Below, in pieces: positions 12,801-22,642 of a DNA stretch of 36,577 nt (the first letter of the stretch is position 1; each line of letters opens with the position of its first letter). Origin of the DNA: Octopus bimaculoides (taxonomy: Eukaryota). Location: positions 7,942,848 to 7,979,424 of the forward strand of contig NC_068997.1 in the NCBI RefSeq assembly GCF_001194135.2. Direction: 5' to 3'. Both the position numbers and the translations under genes were made by a program. The notes under the pieces were generated by a model. The model saw only the letters and a program-made list of their open reading frames with translations, was not told where the DNA came from and did not search any database.

Positions 12801-13769
12801 ATAATTGGAATGGAACTAGCAGAAAATGTTTGTTCAGTGCGATTCTGTTAAGAACCTAAGTTTATATCACCAATTCTTGCTCCATCCAGTTTGTTCTCTG
12901 ATTTTGTACTTTTAACAGCCTCATTGTTGTTCTTCTCTCTTCACCCTAGATATTCGAATTTTTATTGTTCTTCCTTTGTTATCCAAAGGTGACATGAATT
13001 TCCCCGGTTTCATGATATAAGGAAATTGAAAGAATTTTTTTTTTTTTTTTTACCTTTCTTCTGTGTCATAACTTTTGACTATGCAAGGATTTGAACTTGG
13101 CATAGTAAGATAACCAAATACCCATTAATTATACACAATAGCAATGTTATGGTAAAGGACTCGTCAACCAGTGACGTCTAATTTACTGATAGGTAGGCTA
13201 AGTTCATTGAAAGAAGTGTTTCCCTGCTAAACAAAAACAACAGTAATTCCAAAATTGGTCCTTTCTGTGTGGTTTGTCGCCATGACTATCAGTCTGTTGA
13301 TATCATCTATAGCCTGTTTTAACAATTGTTTCAATTCTTTGGCTCCCTTTTAATGTTCCAGTGTACTCGGAAGCATTCCCTTGTTTGTCAGAAATTCCGT
13401 GAGAATCAAGTTTGTAGCCACCATGCCTGTAAGTTCAATAGCCGTAAGAAGATCTCCAAAGACGGCTCAGGAAAATCTAAAACTGTTGGGGTGAAGAGGA
13501 AAAGACTGTAAGTTGACAGATTTCATTTTTGGTTGGGGGCGGGGGGCTCAGCCTCATTTATAACAGCATGCCAGCCTTTGTTACCATAGTTTATTTAGGC
13601 TTCCTATTACTGGAATGAAAAGTAGAGGGGTCGGGTAGCAGGGAGTGTAGGTATTCATTTCCGTTGATTGTCTCTGTTTCACACATAATAGTGTCTATTG
13701 CAACATTCTGCATAGGTAAGGATGGAACAGTACTATAGAAATACATTTCATAAACCTAGAGTATGCACT

Positions 13770-13800
<31 letters not shown>

Positions 13801-14388
13801 ATATATACACATGCACACACGTGTATTTTGAGATTTGTTTAATCCTACACTTTTATGAAATATTCTTTTAAAATGAGTTGAAAAAAACTTATATAGTATA
13901 AGTTGTTAGAGATCATGGGATTTTATTCAGTGTGAGCTGCAACTTTATGGCTGTAACCGGTGCAGCCGCAGTCAGTATTAGCTGTAAATGTGCACAGTTT
14001 TAGCCAGTGTTTGCAAGTTGTTTTTGTGACTGGAGCCAAGTAGTCTTGCAACTGTTTTGGGTGAATTGTTGATATTTTCAGGAACTCCAAGTCTTCTACA
14101 GCAGCAAAATGCCGTGTAACAAAGAAAAGCTTCCCAGAAGAATTGGCCAGTCTATCGTTTATTTCATTGGTCAACTCCTCCGATGAATCACTGCTGGACA
14201 CTTCAACTACTTCCAATACGAATGAAATGAAATCACCCAGTAAGGCTTTTGTCTTTTCTTTTTAATTTTGTCTCCCTTTTTTTCAAGCACTTCTTACTGT
14301 TTACACGCAAAACCCTTCTTTACGTGTTATGATTGTTTTTTTATCATTGCTTTCAGAAGAGACCCTACGTATCAAGCCTCGTCTTTGA
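954..14388 (+). CDS. ZC3H3: Zinc finger CCCH domain-containing protein 3, spliced: join(954..1029,4813..6084,8464..8527,9366..9502,9864..9977,10220..10334,11393..11560,11851..12046,13362..13507,14082..14239,14357..14388), 825 aa
   Basis: All ten introns are GT-AG with matching phases (1,1,2,1,1,2,2,0,2,1) and the joined length is 2478 nt (divisible by 3). Motifs match remembered human ZC3H3: N-terminal ILKQEISKLSGLI (human ILRRQIRLLQGLI), RYKIVRK (RYRIVKK), CLFYNRFGKCNKGNDCPYVHDPKKIAVC, KEKMPSCSYFLKG, LSFISL (PSFISL) and C-terminal LRIKPRL* (LHIKPRL*). Confidence 0.93.
3947..4052 (-). mobile_element. Family A SINE head fragment
   Basis: Reverse complement ggtatgactaagtggtttaagaag...caaccacatgtgttggggttcagtcctac matches the 17813 head. 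Confidence 0.6.
4813..6084 (+). CDS. ZC3H3: ZC3H3 exon 2, large Ser/Lys/Pro-rich low-complexity exon
   Basis: Lies within ORF 4677..6128; acceptor ctctttgtttag|GT, donor AGTG|gtgagt; contains (TCA)7 poly-Ser at 5151-5171 and RYKIVRK. Confidence 0.9.
6525..6670 (-). mobile_element. RTE-LINE-type 3' end fragment with a (GAT)n-like tail
   Basis: ggatgcccttcctaac motif, catcatcat tail at the left end, and homology to the nested insert at about 15800-15870. Confidence 0.55.
7853..7931 (+). mobile_element. Family A SINE internal fragment running into a gap
   Basis: ccaaagccttgtgagtggatttggtagacggaaactgaaagaag is nearly identical to 17920-17965. Confidence 0.7.
8464..8527 (+). CDS. ZC3H3: ZC3H3 exon 3 (SVCHTPSKKTLGKTNIPPKF)
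   Basis: Acceptor ttttttccatttccag, donor AA|gtgagt; supplies the phase 1 to 2 change needed between exons 2 and 4. Confidence 0.75.
9366..9502 (+). CDS. ZC3H3: ZC3H3 exon 4 (MKIDRRRRLSRKYSPCLQ...AAVKR)
   Basis: Within ORF 9205..9516; acceptor ttttaataaaag (weak AAG type), donor AAAC|gtaagg; phases fit both neighbours. Confidence 0.75.
9864..9977 (+). CDS. ZC3H3: ZC3H3 exon 5 (KTITVRGVKFHVEAGGKTLRR)
   Basis: Strong acceptor tctttcttttctacag and donor TCAG|gtaagt; resembles human CIGGVLYKVSANKLSK. Confidence 0.88.
10220..10334 (+). CDS. ZC3H3: ZC3H3 exon 6 (RKLNIAGVVYTQTSGGMLKRV)
   Basis: Acceptor ttttaattgcag, donor AA|gtgagt; open in the phase 1 to 2 frame. Confidence 0.88.
10695..11089. 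mobile_element. MITE-like foldback element with long inverted arms, in ZC3H3 intron 6
   Basis: Left arm agtaaagattgtttgacaacataacatggcagtcctg...cacccccactcag is the near reverse complement of right arm ctgagtaggggtgc...caggactgccatggtatgttggcaaacaatctttact. No coding capacity. A 10-N gap lies in the left arm. Confidence 0.8.
11393..11560 (+). CDS. ZC3H3: ZC3H3 exon 7, CCCH finger 1 and start of finger 2
   Basis: RVVTRSIA...CLFYNRFGKCNKGNDCPYVHDPKKIAVCY (C-x8-C-x5-C-x3-H); ttttag| and CG|gtaagt. Confidence 0.95.
11851..12046 (+). CDS. ZC3H3: ZC3H3 exon 8, CCCH fingers 2-4
   Basis: MIRGGCKVENCPFYH, CSYFLKGQCNRENCIYPH, CEDFLNGYCSLGEK; ccatcag| and AAG|gtaggt. Confidence 0.95.
12477..12544. repeat. 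Exact 33-bp direct tandem duplication (period 35)
   Basis: aagctgtggacacgttgattaggattaagatga occurs at 12477-12509 and 12512-12544. Confidence 0.95.
13362..13507 (+). CDS. ZC3H3: ZC3H3 exon 9, end of finger 4 and degenerate finger 5
   Basis: CTRKHSLVCQKFRENQVCSHHACKFNS; gttccag| (phase 0) and CT|gtaagt (phase 2). Confidence 0.92.
14082..14239 (+). CDS. ZC3H3: ZC3H3 exon 10 (contains LASLSFISL)
   Basis: atattttcag| and CCCA|gtaagg; the SFISL motif matches the human ZC3H3 C-terminal region. Confidence 0.85.
14357..14388 (+). CDS. ZC3H3: ZC3H3 terminal coding exon 11 (K-ETLRIKPRL*)
   Basis: Acceptor ttgctttcag; ends IKPRL-TGA, as the human protein does. Confidence 0.88.
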
Positions 14389-15432
14389 ATTGTAAAGTAA
14401 CACTGCAGGTACTTTGTTTCCTTTTATTTAAAAAATTTTTTTTTTTTTCTCAACAGTAATTAGGATTGGAAGGGTTTATGCAGAAATGAAGGGAGGGAAA
14501 GGCAATTCAGCTCAAGGATATTTGTTTCTAAGTGTGCTGCAAGCTGTGAAAACAATTTTGTTGTTGCTTGTGTCTGTGAAAGAAATTGAGAAGAGAAATC
14601 GATTTCCCTGTTCTGATGTTATTCATTCACAAACTTTTAAGATTCCTTTGTAACTTAAGTGTCTCTTGACACGAGAAGCCTTCCTTTAGATAGGACATGG
14701 GTGACTTTCTTTGGACAATGTTCTGTCTTCAACCTAATTGAGGAATTCTGCTCTGAGGTATAATCCTAGTTATTTCATCCATATGATAACCTCATGTAGA
14801 TATGTGTATGACTTTTCATGGACAGTTGGTGATTGATCTTGTCGAGATAAGGAATAGATATGCTGCCTAGCAGCTTATGTATTTCTCATGAAATGGCTAC
14901 AACTGGGAATTGAAGCTAAAGTACGAACATAGTGTGCTGGAAGCTTGACTCATTTCTAGGGTGTCGCAACCTTTGATCATGCAGTGTAGTTCTCTTCTTG
15001 CATTAGGACACGCCTGGTTTAAGCAAACACTTACAATACAACACTTCTTGGCCATTGTTTCATTCTGTTGTGTTACCTTGACACCTTACAATTCTCACCT
15101 TACTTTTGCTTCTCTCACTGAAATTACCTGAAGTTCAAGGAATAAAAAGGAAAATTCTTCCAATTATGCTGTTATCTTATTGTTGCTGGCAATTAATTGT
15201 ATACATACACACACACACACATATCTGTGGATTTGTATGCCTGGCACAGGCATGACTCTGACGTTTTGAAGTTCAGCAATGTGACTTTATAAAGCATTTT
15301 ATTGGACAGAGTAAGCAGAATGCTAAAGGGTTATGGGTTGATGTTTAGAAATATTTCAAGTGTGACATATTTAGGCTTTTAGGATTTTTATGTAGTCCAC
15401 AGCAATGATTGATGTCAATATAAAATGCTGAT

Positions 15433-16065
15433 AGGTGTGGCATGGCTGTGTGGTAAGAAACCTGCTTCCCAACCACATGGTTCTGGGTTCAGTCCCACTG
15501 CGTGACACTTTGGGCAAGTGTCTTATACTGTATTTAGCCTTGGGCTGACCATGGCCTTGTGAGTGGATGTGGTAGGTGGAAACAGAACGAAGCCCATTAA
15601 ATGAGAAAGGACCAGGAGTTGAGGTGATTTGCTATACTTGAGAAGGCACATCAAGCTAAGTAAAATTGGGGGTCATCCATACATAGAGGCTTGTCCTTTG
15701 CAGGTGCCAGTGACATGTAAAATGAACTCGTGCCAGTGCTGTTTAAATGCATGTGTGCTGGTGGCACGTAAAAAGCAGGCAGCACATGCTGTGCAGTGAT
15801 TGTCTTAAGGAGAGGCATCTGACTGTAAGAGACCTGACCAAAGCAAACAACTGGAATCTGGACAGCCCCAGCTGTTTGATGTGTTTGTGTTTGTCTCCCA
15901 CCACCACCACTTGTGTTGGTGTGTTTATGTTCCTGTAACTTAGCAGTTTGGCAAAAGAATCAATAGAATTGGTACCAGGCTTAACAAGATAAGAGCTGGG
16001 ATTGATTCGTTTGGCTAAAGATTCTTCAGGTTGGTGCCCCAGCATGGCCGCAGTCTAATGACAAA
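15433..16065 (+). mobile_element. Family A SINE interrupted by a nested ~280-bp RTE-tail-like repeat
   Basis: Head with A/B boxes 15433-15595; insert about 15600-15875, homologous to the reverse complement of 6525-6670; then the family A 3' half ending ccccagcatggccgcagtctaatgac. Confidence 0.75.
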
Positions 16066-17812
16066 AGATACTGGAAATTATTGGTTGTGTAAGGTTTGCT
16101 TTTTATACATTTTTTGTTGCTGGTTCTTTTCTCTTTTTTTTTTTTTTGCGATAAATAATTTTCTGGGCTGGAATGGGGTTGTTGATTGAATCTTAAGTTT
16201 TTATTTATTTAGAATATTTCTTGTGTGAAAAGAAAAAAAAAAAAAAAATTCTTTTTAACCACGCATATCGTGGTTCTTTCTTTTTTTCTGGTCTTTTCCA
16301 CAGCCACGAAACCATTTTCTTGCCTTGAGTTGAACTTGAACCCTGGACAATACTGGTTTGTTTTTTGTTTTTTTTTCGCCTGCTAAAATTGGATTCCCTG
16401 GTTTGTACTTTGGTCTTCTATATGGAAGCCCTTTCTTTTTCCCTTCTTTTAAACGTTCTTTATCCATCATTTCTTCAATTTCATTATTTCTAGTTTTTAA
16501 CACCTGTACGACTTTAAGACAGGTGATCTTCTCTTTGAAGAAAAGTTTGCAATGATGAGTTAATCTTCGTTATTTTCTTAAGACCCTTCTATTGTAGAAT
16601 GACATTTAAAATTTTTCTTCTCTTTATTCTCTCCTTTTTTTTTGTTTTGTTTTTTTTTTATGTTTTGGTTAGAATCTGTTCATCTTAACTCCCCACCTGA
16701 TATCTCTGCTGTAGCATGATTCTAAACTTCCAGAAAGCTCTTCAGATTCTCAGTTATAGCAATTGAAACTCAATACTCAGAGTTTTTGTATCTTAATTTA
16801 GATCAGTATTTTTCTCTCCAAAGTGTTAGATTTTCTTCATTAAGCAAGTCTCTCCATTGCTTCATTGCATCATTGTGAGTGTGAATGCTTGAACTGAACA
16901 ATAATGCGGACAAGTCTATCAAGTTTCCACTGTTACTTGGTCTCCTCCTTCCCTACTTCATTTTGAACCAGCAAACTTTGTTACTTTTTCATCTTTTCAT
17001 CTTCATCTTTCTTGCTCAATTGGAAAATCTGAATTATTTACAGAAAACTTTCATGTTCCACCATCTTTTTATATGATCCTAAAATAGGTTTAATCTTGGA
17101 TGACCAATCCTTTATTTATTGATAATCTTGTTTAATGTAATTAGCAACAAAATCAACTGGACGCCAATATAATGCCATTTTGGTAACCTTTTACACCAAT
17201 TAAGGTCAAACAAAACAAAAGAAATATATGTATATAAAAAAAAACTTATACACAAACATGCATACTAAAAAATAAACAAATAATGAATGGGTTTTTTTTT
17301 TCATGAAAACCTTTTAAAATTTTCTGTAATTTTTAGTATGAACTTTAAAAAGAAATGAAAAAAGAGTGAAAATAAAAATTTTAAAAAAAAATACAGATTA
17401 TTAAATAAAGATTATTTAAGAACAAATATATTTAGCTGATTTTCTTATGGAAAAATCTAAAAGAAAAAAAATGAAGGAAAATCTTGAGTTGTAAAAAAAA
17501 TGTATTGAATTTTGAAAATAAAAAACAATTGAAATATTTTTTGTTTTATTTATTTTTTTTCCTTTAGTTTTGTTGAACAAAAGAAAATAACAAAAATCGA
17601 TCAACTTGTGTATATTATTTTGTAATAGCTGTCTCTTTATTTTCTTGTTCATTATCCTTTTGTTTTTCATTTGCTTTAGTCATTGGATTGTGGCCATGCT
17701 GGGGCACTACCTCTCTAAAGTATTCTTCCATTTCTGTCAGTTAATCCTGTTGAGGTTCTAACAGAAAATTTCTGTAAATGTTTCAAGTAATTTTGAAAAA
17801 AATATCAGCCAT

Positions 17813-18187
17813 AGGTACAGGAGTGGCTGTGTGGTAAGAAGCTTGCTTACCAACCACATGGTTCTGGGTTCAGTCCCACTGCGTGTCACCTTGGGTGTCT
17901 TCTACTATAGCCTTGGGCCAACCAAAGCCTTGTGAGTGGATTTGGTAGACAGAAGCTGAAAGAAGCCTGTTGTATATATCTATATATGTGTGTGTGTGTT
18001 TGTCTCTGCTACCATCACTTGACAACAGATGCTGATGTGTTTACATCCCCATAATTTTGCGGTTCAGCAGAAGAGATCAATAGAATAAGTACTGGGCTTA
18101 CAAAGAATATGTCTTGGGGTCGATTTGTTCAACTAAAGGCGGTGCTTCAGCATGGCCACAGTCAAATGACAAACAAGAAAAAAAAAA
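17813..18187 (+). mobile_element. Near full-length tRNA-derived SINE (family A, abundant octopus-type)
   Basis: Pol III A box TGGCTGTGTGGT 17824-17835 and B box GGTTCAGTCCC 17867-17877, internal (TA)/(TG) tract, conserved 3' half ending ccagcatggccacagtcaaatgac and an A-rich tail; homologous to copies at 371, 15433 and 33665. Confidence 0.85.
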
Positions 18188-18244
18188 TTGGAAAATTAAT
18201 ATACACCCCACCCAATCTGTTTTTTTCTGACGCATGGTCTCTTG

Positions 18245-19100
18245 AACTATCATCGCATAAATAATGTGGTTTTTTCAATTGCATGAACTAAAAGTCAGAG
18301 GGGAATGGCGGGATAAACTACCTGTATCGACTTGCTACAAGACCAGGTAGTAATTTTACCTTATCCTTATTCTTGGTGCAAGTTTTGAAGAGTGCAATTC
18401 GATTTTAACCTTTATTTTTTCAAAGCTATAATGGAAGTAACAAAGAAGCATATTCGGCATATTTTGCTTTATGAGGTAACAAGGCAATGGAAAGTGCAAG
18501 GACTATTAATGCAGTGTATGGGGATTGGACAATAAGCGTAAGCCAGTGTCAACGGTGGTTTCAGAAATTCCCAGCCAGAAACTGCAGCCTAGAAGATGAG
18601 CCACGTCTTGGAAGATCTTTAGAGCTCGATGAGGACGTCCTGCAAACCCTGGTAGAACAAAATCCTATCGTAACTGTTGAGGATCTAGCAGAGAAGTTTG
18701 GATTTGGTCATTTAACCAGTCATTCAAATCAGCTCTAGAAGGAAAATGACCGTCTTTGGTTTCAAGATGAAAGGTGTTCTTCCTTCAGGAGAATGCTTGG
18801 CCACATCCAGCAAGGATGACATTCCAAAGGCCTCATCTGATTGTTATTTATTCCGCAGTCTTCAAAATCAATTGGATGGAAAAATATGAATTCTGTAGAC
18901 CAGGTCAGAACAGTACTGGGGGAGTATTTTTCGTCACGGACAAGCAATTTTTTGAAGAGCGTCTTTGCAAGTCTACCGGATAGGTGGAAGAGCGTTGTAG
19001 AAAATGAAGGAGAGCATATTTTAGATTAAAAAAGAACTTTATCTTAATTATGAAAACTAAAAGAAGCATAAAAAACTACATTATTTATGGGATGACCCAA
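18245..19100 (+). mobile_element. Mariner (Tc1/mariner) DNA transposon, internally deleted and non-autonomous
   Basis: MEVTKKHIRHILLYE, ESARTINAVYGD..SQCQRWFQKF..SLEDEPRLGR, FFLQENAWPH (QDNAxPH), LPDRWKSVVENEGEHILD*. Terminal inverted repeats: tcatcgcataaataatgtggtttttt (left, from 18250) and aaaaactacattatttatgggatgacccaa (right, ending 19100), followed by TA. Confidence 0.9.
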
Positions 19101-19140
19101 TATATATATATATAATTTATTAAATCACTAAAGTTTAAAT

Positions 19141-20400
19141 CTGGTCACAATAAATGGCCAGAAAGCGAACTTTGCCTCTAACCCCAAATGCCGTCTGATC
19201 AACTCGGCCAAATACGAGATTGACCAGGCGAGCAAGCCTATAATGAAGAAGATTAATGATGACATAAGGAGGGCCAACTGCCTCTCTCTATGGCGCAGCA
19301 CCAACGAAGTGGCCTCATGGTGTAATGCCAACCGGGAGAGGGGCAGGGCTAGATTTACACTCGTCGATATCAAAAGGGTTGCTGATGAAGGTAATTTCCT
19401 TTGCTAAGGGCTTCACAGACATTAGTGATAGAGATATTGGCGTTATCATGCACGCCAGGAAGACGGTGATGTTCAACAAAGATCCGACGTGGGTCAAGCA
19501 ATCTGGCCCTGAGGGCTCCTTCGTTGCGGCTATGGAAGACTACGACAGCACCGACGTCTGCGTTCTTATCGGACTGAACATCTTAAGGAAGAGGTTTCCT
19601 TCGGTCCTCTTTGGTCTCTACAGAGATGACGCTCAAGCCATCTCTGGAGGAGCCAACGGGCACACTCTAGATAGACTTAGAAAGGACCTGATTAGTACTC
19701 TAGGCTCCATGAGACTCAAGATCACCATTGTTACTTAAAACCTGGGCTTAGGTATACACAGGCCCCACTGCAAGCCAAACGAGAAGCTGTCCTACATTAA
19801 CATAGCCCCCTTTCACCCCACTATTGTGTTCATGAACTTAGTGAAGGTTATCAGCAAGAGGATCTTGAATCAATCCTCTGGCCGAGATATCATCGGCGCT
19901 GCCGCCCCCTACATCTCCAACATGCTAGGCACGGCCACTACAGCAACAACAGGCATACCAGCACCGCCAGACCAATGCGCCATAATGATAGAGCGCCAGC
20001 AACATCGTTGGCACGAACAACATCCCCAGGCCCGGAGCCAACCAGAAATACATCGGATCGGCCAGCATACCTTTCAAGCGACGCTTCTACAATCACCAGT
20101 CATCCTTCCGGATCTCAGAAAGACGTTTTGTTACGTTCATGGTCAGCCATGTCTGGCATCTCAAAGATCAAGGGATATCATGTGGAAGATCTTAGAACAA
20201 CCTGGCTCATATACTAATGGGAGCAGGCTTTGCAAAATCTGCATCACTGAACGAGCCAAAATTCTTAAAAACCATGCTACGCCTGGCTCGCTGAAATATG
20301 TACACATTATGTCCATTTCAAGCGCTACCTCCTGCAAAGTTCGGATTCACTGCTCGCTGATTAGGCTCGTAAGAGACCTTAGGAAATAGGTCTCCATCTC
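19141..20400 (+). mobile_element. Penelope-like retroelement remnant 1: reverse transcriptase plus C-terminal GIY-YIG endonuclease, frameshifted and 5'-truncated
   Basis: Across frames: NFASNPKCRLINSAKYEI, LWRSTNEV, HARKTVMF, WVKQ, GLYRDD, LKITI, KRILNQSS...AAAPY, then KYIGSASIPFKRRFYNHQSSFR (YIG at 20049-20057) and WKIL...CKICITERAKI. Confidence 0.88.
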
Positions 20401-20539
20401 CGATTAAACCTTGGTCCAGGGCAGACAACCTGTCCTCACTACCAGATTTTTTTGTTTTGTTTTTTTCTCCGATAGCCGTTTTACCAGTTGTCCATAGTGT
20501 TTCTCCACCTCCCCAAGGTGAAGAGTCAAATTTGTCTTT

Positions 20540-20608
20540 GTATAAAGTCTGATGAGCTGTCCACAAGATTGCGGCTTTGGCGGATGCGAAACCATTGGTC
20601 CCTCTATG
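20540..20608 (+). ncRNA. Type-I hammerhead ribozyme motif in the 3' terminal region of PLE 1
   Basis: CUGAUGA 20549-20555; G-C closed stem II; GAAA 20588-20591; short stem III ACC-AUU-GGU; GUC cleavage triplet 20598-20600; stem I pairs at 6 of 8 positions (20541-20548 with 20601-20608). Confidence 0.75.
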
Positions 20609-20949
20609 ACCAGGTTTTAGCTTTAGTCATTTGAAGCTTTGCTGCTCTAATCTTTAGAGTGTCTGCTTCTTATTCAACCCACTTTCCGCCAGCGTTACTG
20701 AAAATAGTAAATTTGTTTCAATTGATTTTTACGTCTGTCTGCCAAAAACTGGTACTGTACATGCAAAAATAAATAAATAATAAATAAATAAATTTATTCT
20801 TAACGTTAATATTTTCCTTGCCTTTGCTTTTTTTTTTTGGTAATATTTTTATTGCTTTAATATAGAATGTTTATGTCTTTTTTATATTGTTGTTGTCGTT
20901 GTTTTGCTCAGTTTTATTGTTTAACAGAATCTTTAACCTAATATTGGAT

Positions 20950-21969
20950 TCATAGATCGGTTAAAAAACTATCAATTTTCTTCTGGAAGTCTTCACTCAA
21001 TACTTTCTTCTTCAATTCTTCATTGATTGGCAAAACTTTAGGCTCTTCTTTGTCTCCAGACACTAGTGACTGGAGACTTTGATCGACCATTTCTTCGAGC
21101 GTCTTCATACAGGCATCGATTTCAATAGAATCCATTTTATCAAGGTCTTTATTAACAAATTTTGAGACAGGATCATTTTCCGATGGTGAATCCCCTCCAC
21201 TGTCTTTCACAAAAGTGTCGGATCTTGGTAATTCTCCGTTTTTTACAGCAGGTGAGTTTTCTGATGGCTGATCAATCTTGTCGTCTGATGAATTTTCCAG
21301 TTTTGGATCATTTGATTTCGGCTGCGTTGATGATGAAGATTCTGCAAGATCCCCATCGCTAGATCCTGAAGGCGCTTCAGGGGTATTCTCTGTTGATGTG
21401 TGAATAGAAGCATCTACATTTTGATTAGTTGGTGCTTCTGAATTATCAGATCCTAATTCAATGCGTCCTGCTGCATCTTTCTTTTCTGAGTCTTGAAGCG
21501 AACTATCATCGTTTTTGCTATTTGCATTTACTTCGGCAGAGGAAGAACCAGCTGTTAATCGCAACTCATCGGAGTCTGTGGAAGAATCGCCGTCTTTTAC
21601 ATTTATCGATGCATCTATAGAATCATCAGCACCATTGTTTTGTCGGCTGGTTGAATTTTGAACAGATGTTTTAGATTTCGTGTCTGTCTGTGAATTTCCG
21701 GCAGCTTCCTCGTCTGCTTTTCCTGTCGATGTGGGACTGCTTCCCGGACTACGCGATCCTTGTTGCTGTTGTTGTTCTTGTGCGTTTATTAGCAGGTTAT
21801 CTGAGGAATTTGCTGAATGTTTTTCTTGAGATCTTTCATCGGAGGCTGCTGCAGCCTTATCACTATCTTTGGAATTATTGACTGATTGGCTGCGGGCGGA
21901 AGAGGCTGAGCCAGTACGACTTCCTTCTTGACGATTTTTTTGTTTGGTGTCTTTGAGTTCTTCAGACTC
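20950..21969 (-). CDS. Terminal coding exon (339 aa + stop) of an unidentified acidic Ser/Asp/Asn/Glu-rich protein with a predicted helical C-terminus
   Basis: 1020-nt open frame with no microsatellite content; strong acceptor tttctctcttctctttggcag at 21970 (phase 0); TGA at 20952-20950; minus-strand AATAAA at 20919-20914 and 20798-20793. Confidence 0.8.
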   Translation of the reverse strand, partial: ESEELKDTKQKNRQEGSRTGSASSARSQSVNNSKDSDKAAAASDERSQEKHSANSSDNLLINAQEQQQQQGSRSPGSSPTSTGKADEEAAGNSQTDTKSKTSVQNSTSRQNNGADDSIDASINVKDGDSSTDSDELRLTAGSSSAEVNANSKNDDSSLQDSEKKDAAGRIELGSDNSEAPTNQNVDASIHTSTENTPEAPSGSSDGDLAESSSSTQPKSNDPKLENSSDDKIDQPSENSPAVKNGELPRSDTFVKDSGGDSPSENDPVSKFVNKDLDKMDSIEIDACMKTLEEMVDQSLQSLVSGDKEEPKVLPINEELKKKVLSEDFQKKIDSFLTDL

Positions 21970-22607
21970 CTGCCAAAGAGAAGAGAGAAATATTACAAAC
22001 ACACACACACACACACACACACATATATCATTATTCAGCGCACTATTCCACACACACACATATATAGATGGGTAAATGGATGTTATAAGACAAAATACGG
22101 AGCTTCGTTATATGAAAGCTTAAATGTTTAGAGGTCGTTGAATCTCAGAACTGTCTTCAGTCTCATCAAATAATCCTAGCCTCAAACTACCATTCCTCAT
22201 TGCCAGCATCGTCCTTCCCACATGTCGCAAAATCATTGAGAGAAAATACATCGCACTGAATTTCGATCTGTGCACATTTTGCTCAATCAGAAATCAGCTG
22301 ATTCCTAAGGGCTTAAAGCAAATCCCTCCAAGATGGGATTTTGAAAGGCCCGCTACATATTAAAGTAGAAACAATCCGAGGTTGACTAAATCAATTGATT
22401 TTATGTCTTAACCAACCAAGCTTATTTTATGGTCAATGTTCTGAAATTTGTAGCTGGAAGATTCGAAGAGAAGCAACATGAAACATTCAGGAGTGGGAAA
22501 CATCGCTACCCACCGACCAATTTCGTGATTTTATTGTAGAAGTGGGATTGAAGAGGATTAATACACTCAACGCTACCAGAAATAGGGGAAAAGTCATTGA
22601 TTCAGAG

Positions 22608-22642
22608 TATTGTCCCGTATCTGTAACAGATACGGGACAATA
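22608..22642. repeat. Perfect 17-bp inverted repeat with a 1-nt spacer
   Basis: tattgtcccgtatctgt-a-acagatacgggacaata. Confidence 0.95.

Noticed and set aside
13923-14216. Minus-strand 97-aa ORF
   Set aside because: Antisense shadow of ZC3H3 exon 10.
16255-17080. K/E-rich minus-strand ORF fragments (KERLKEGKKKGLPYRRPKY..., MKQWRDLLNEENLTLWREKY)
   Set aside because: Interrupted by stops, no recognisable family, and explained by purine-rich composition; a BLASTx hit would reopen it.
17813-17885. tRNA gene
   Set aside because: A and B boxes are present, but no cloverleaf is evident and the sequence continues into SINE body; it is a tRNA-derived SINE head.
21162-21881. Three short + strand ORFs
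   Set aside because: Antisense shadows of the large acidic minus-strand exon.
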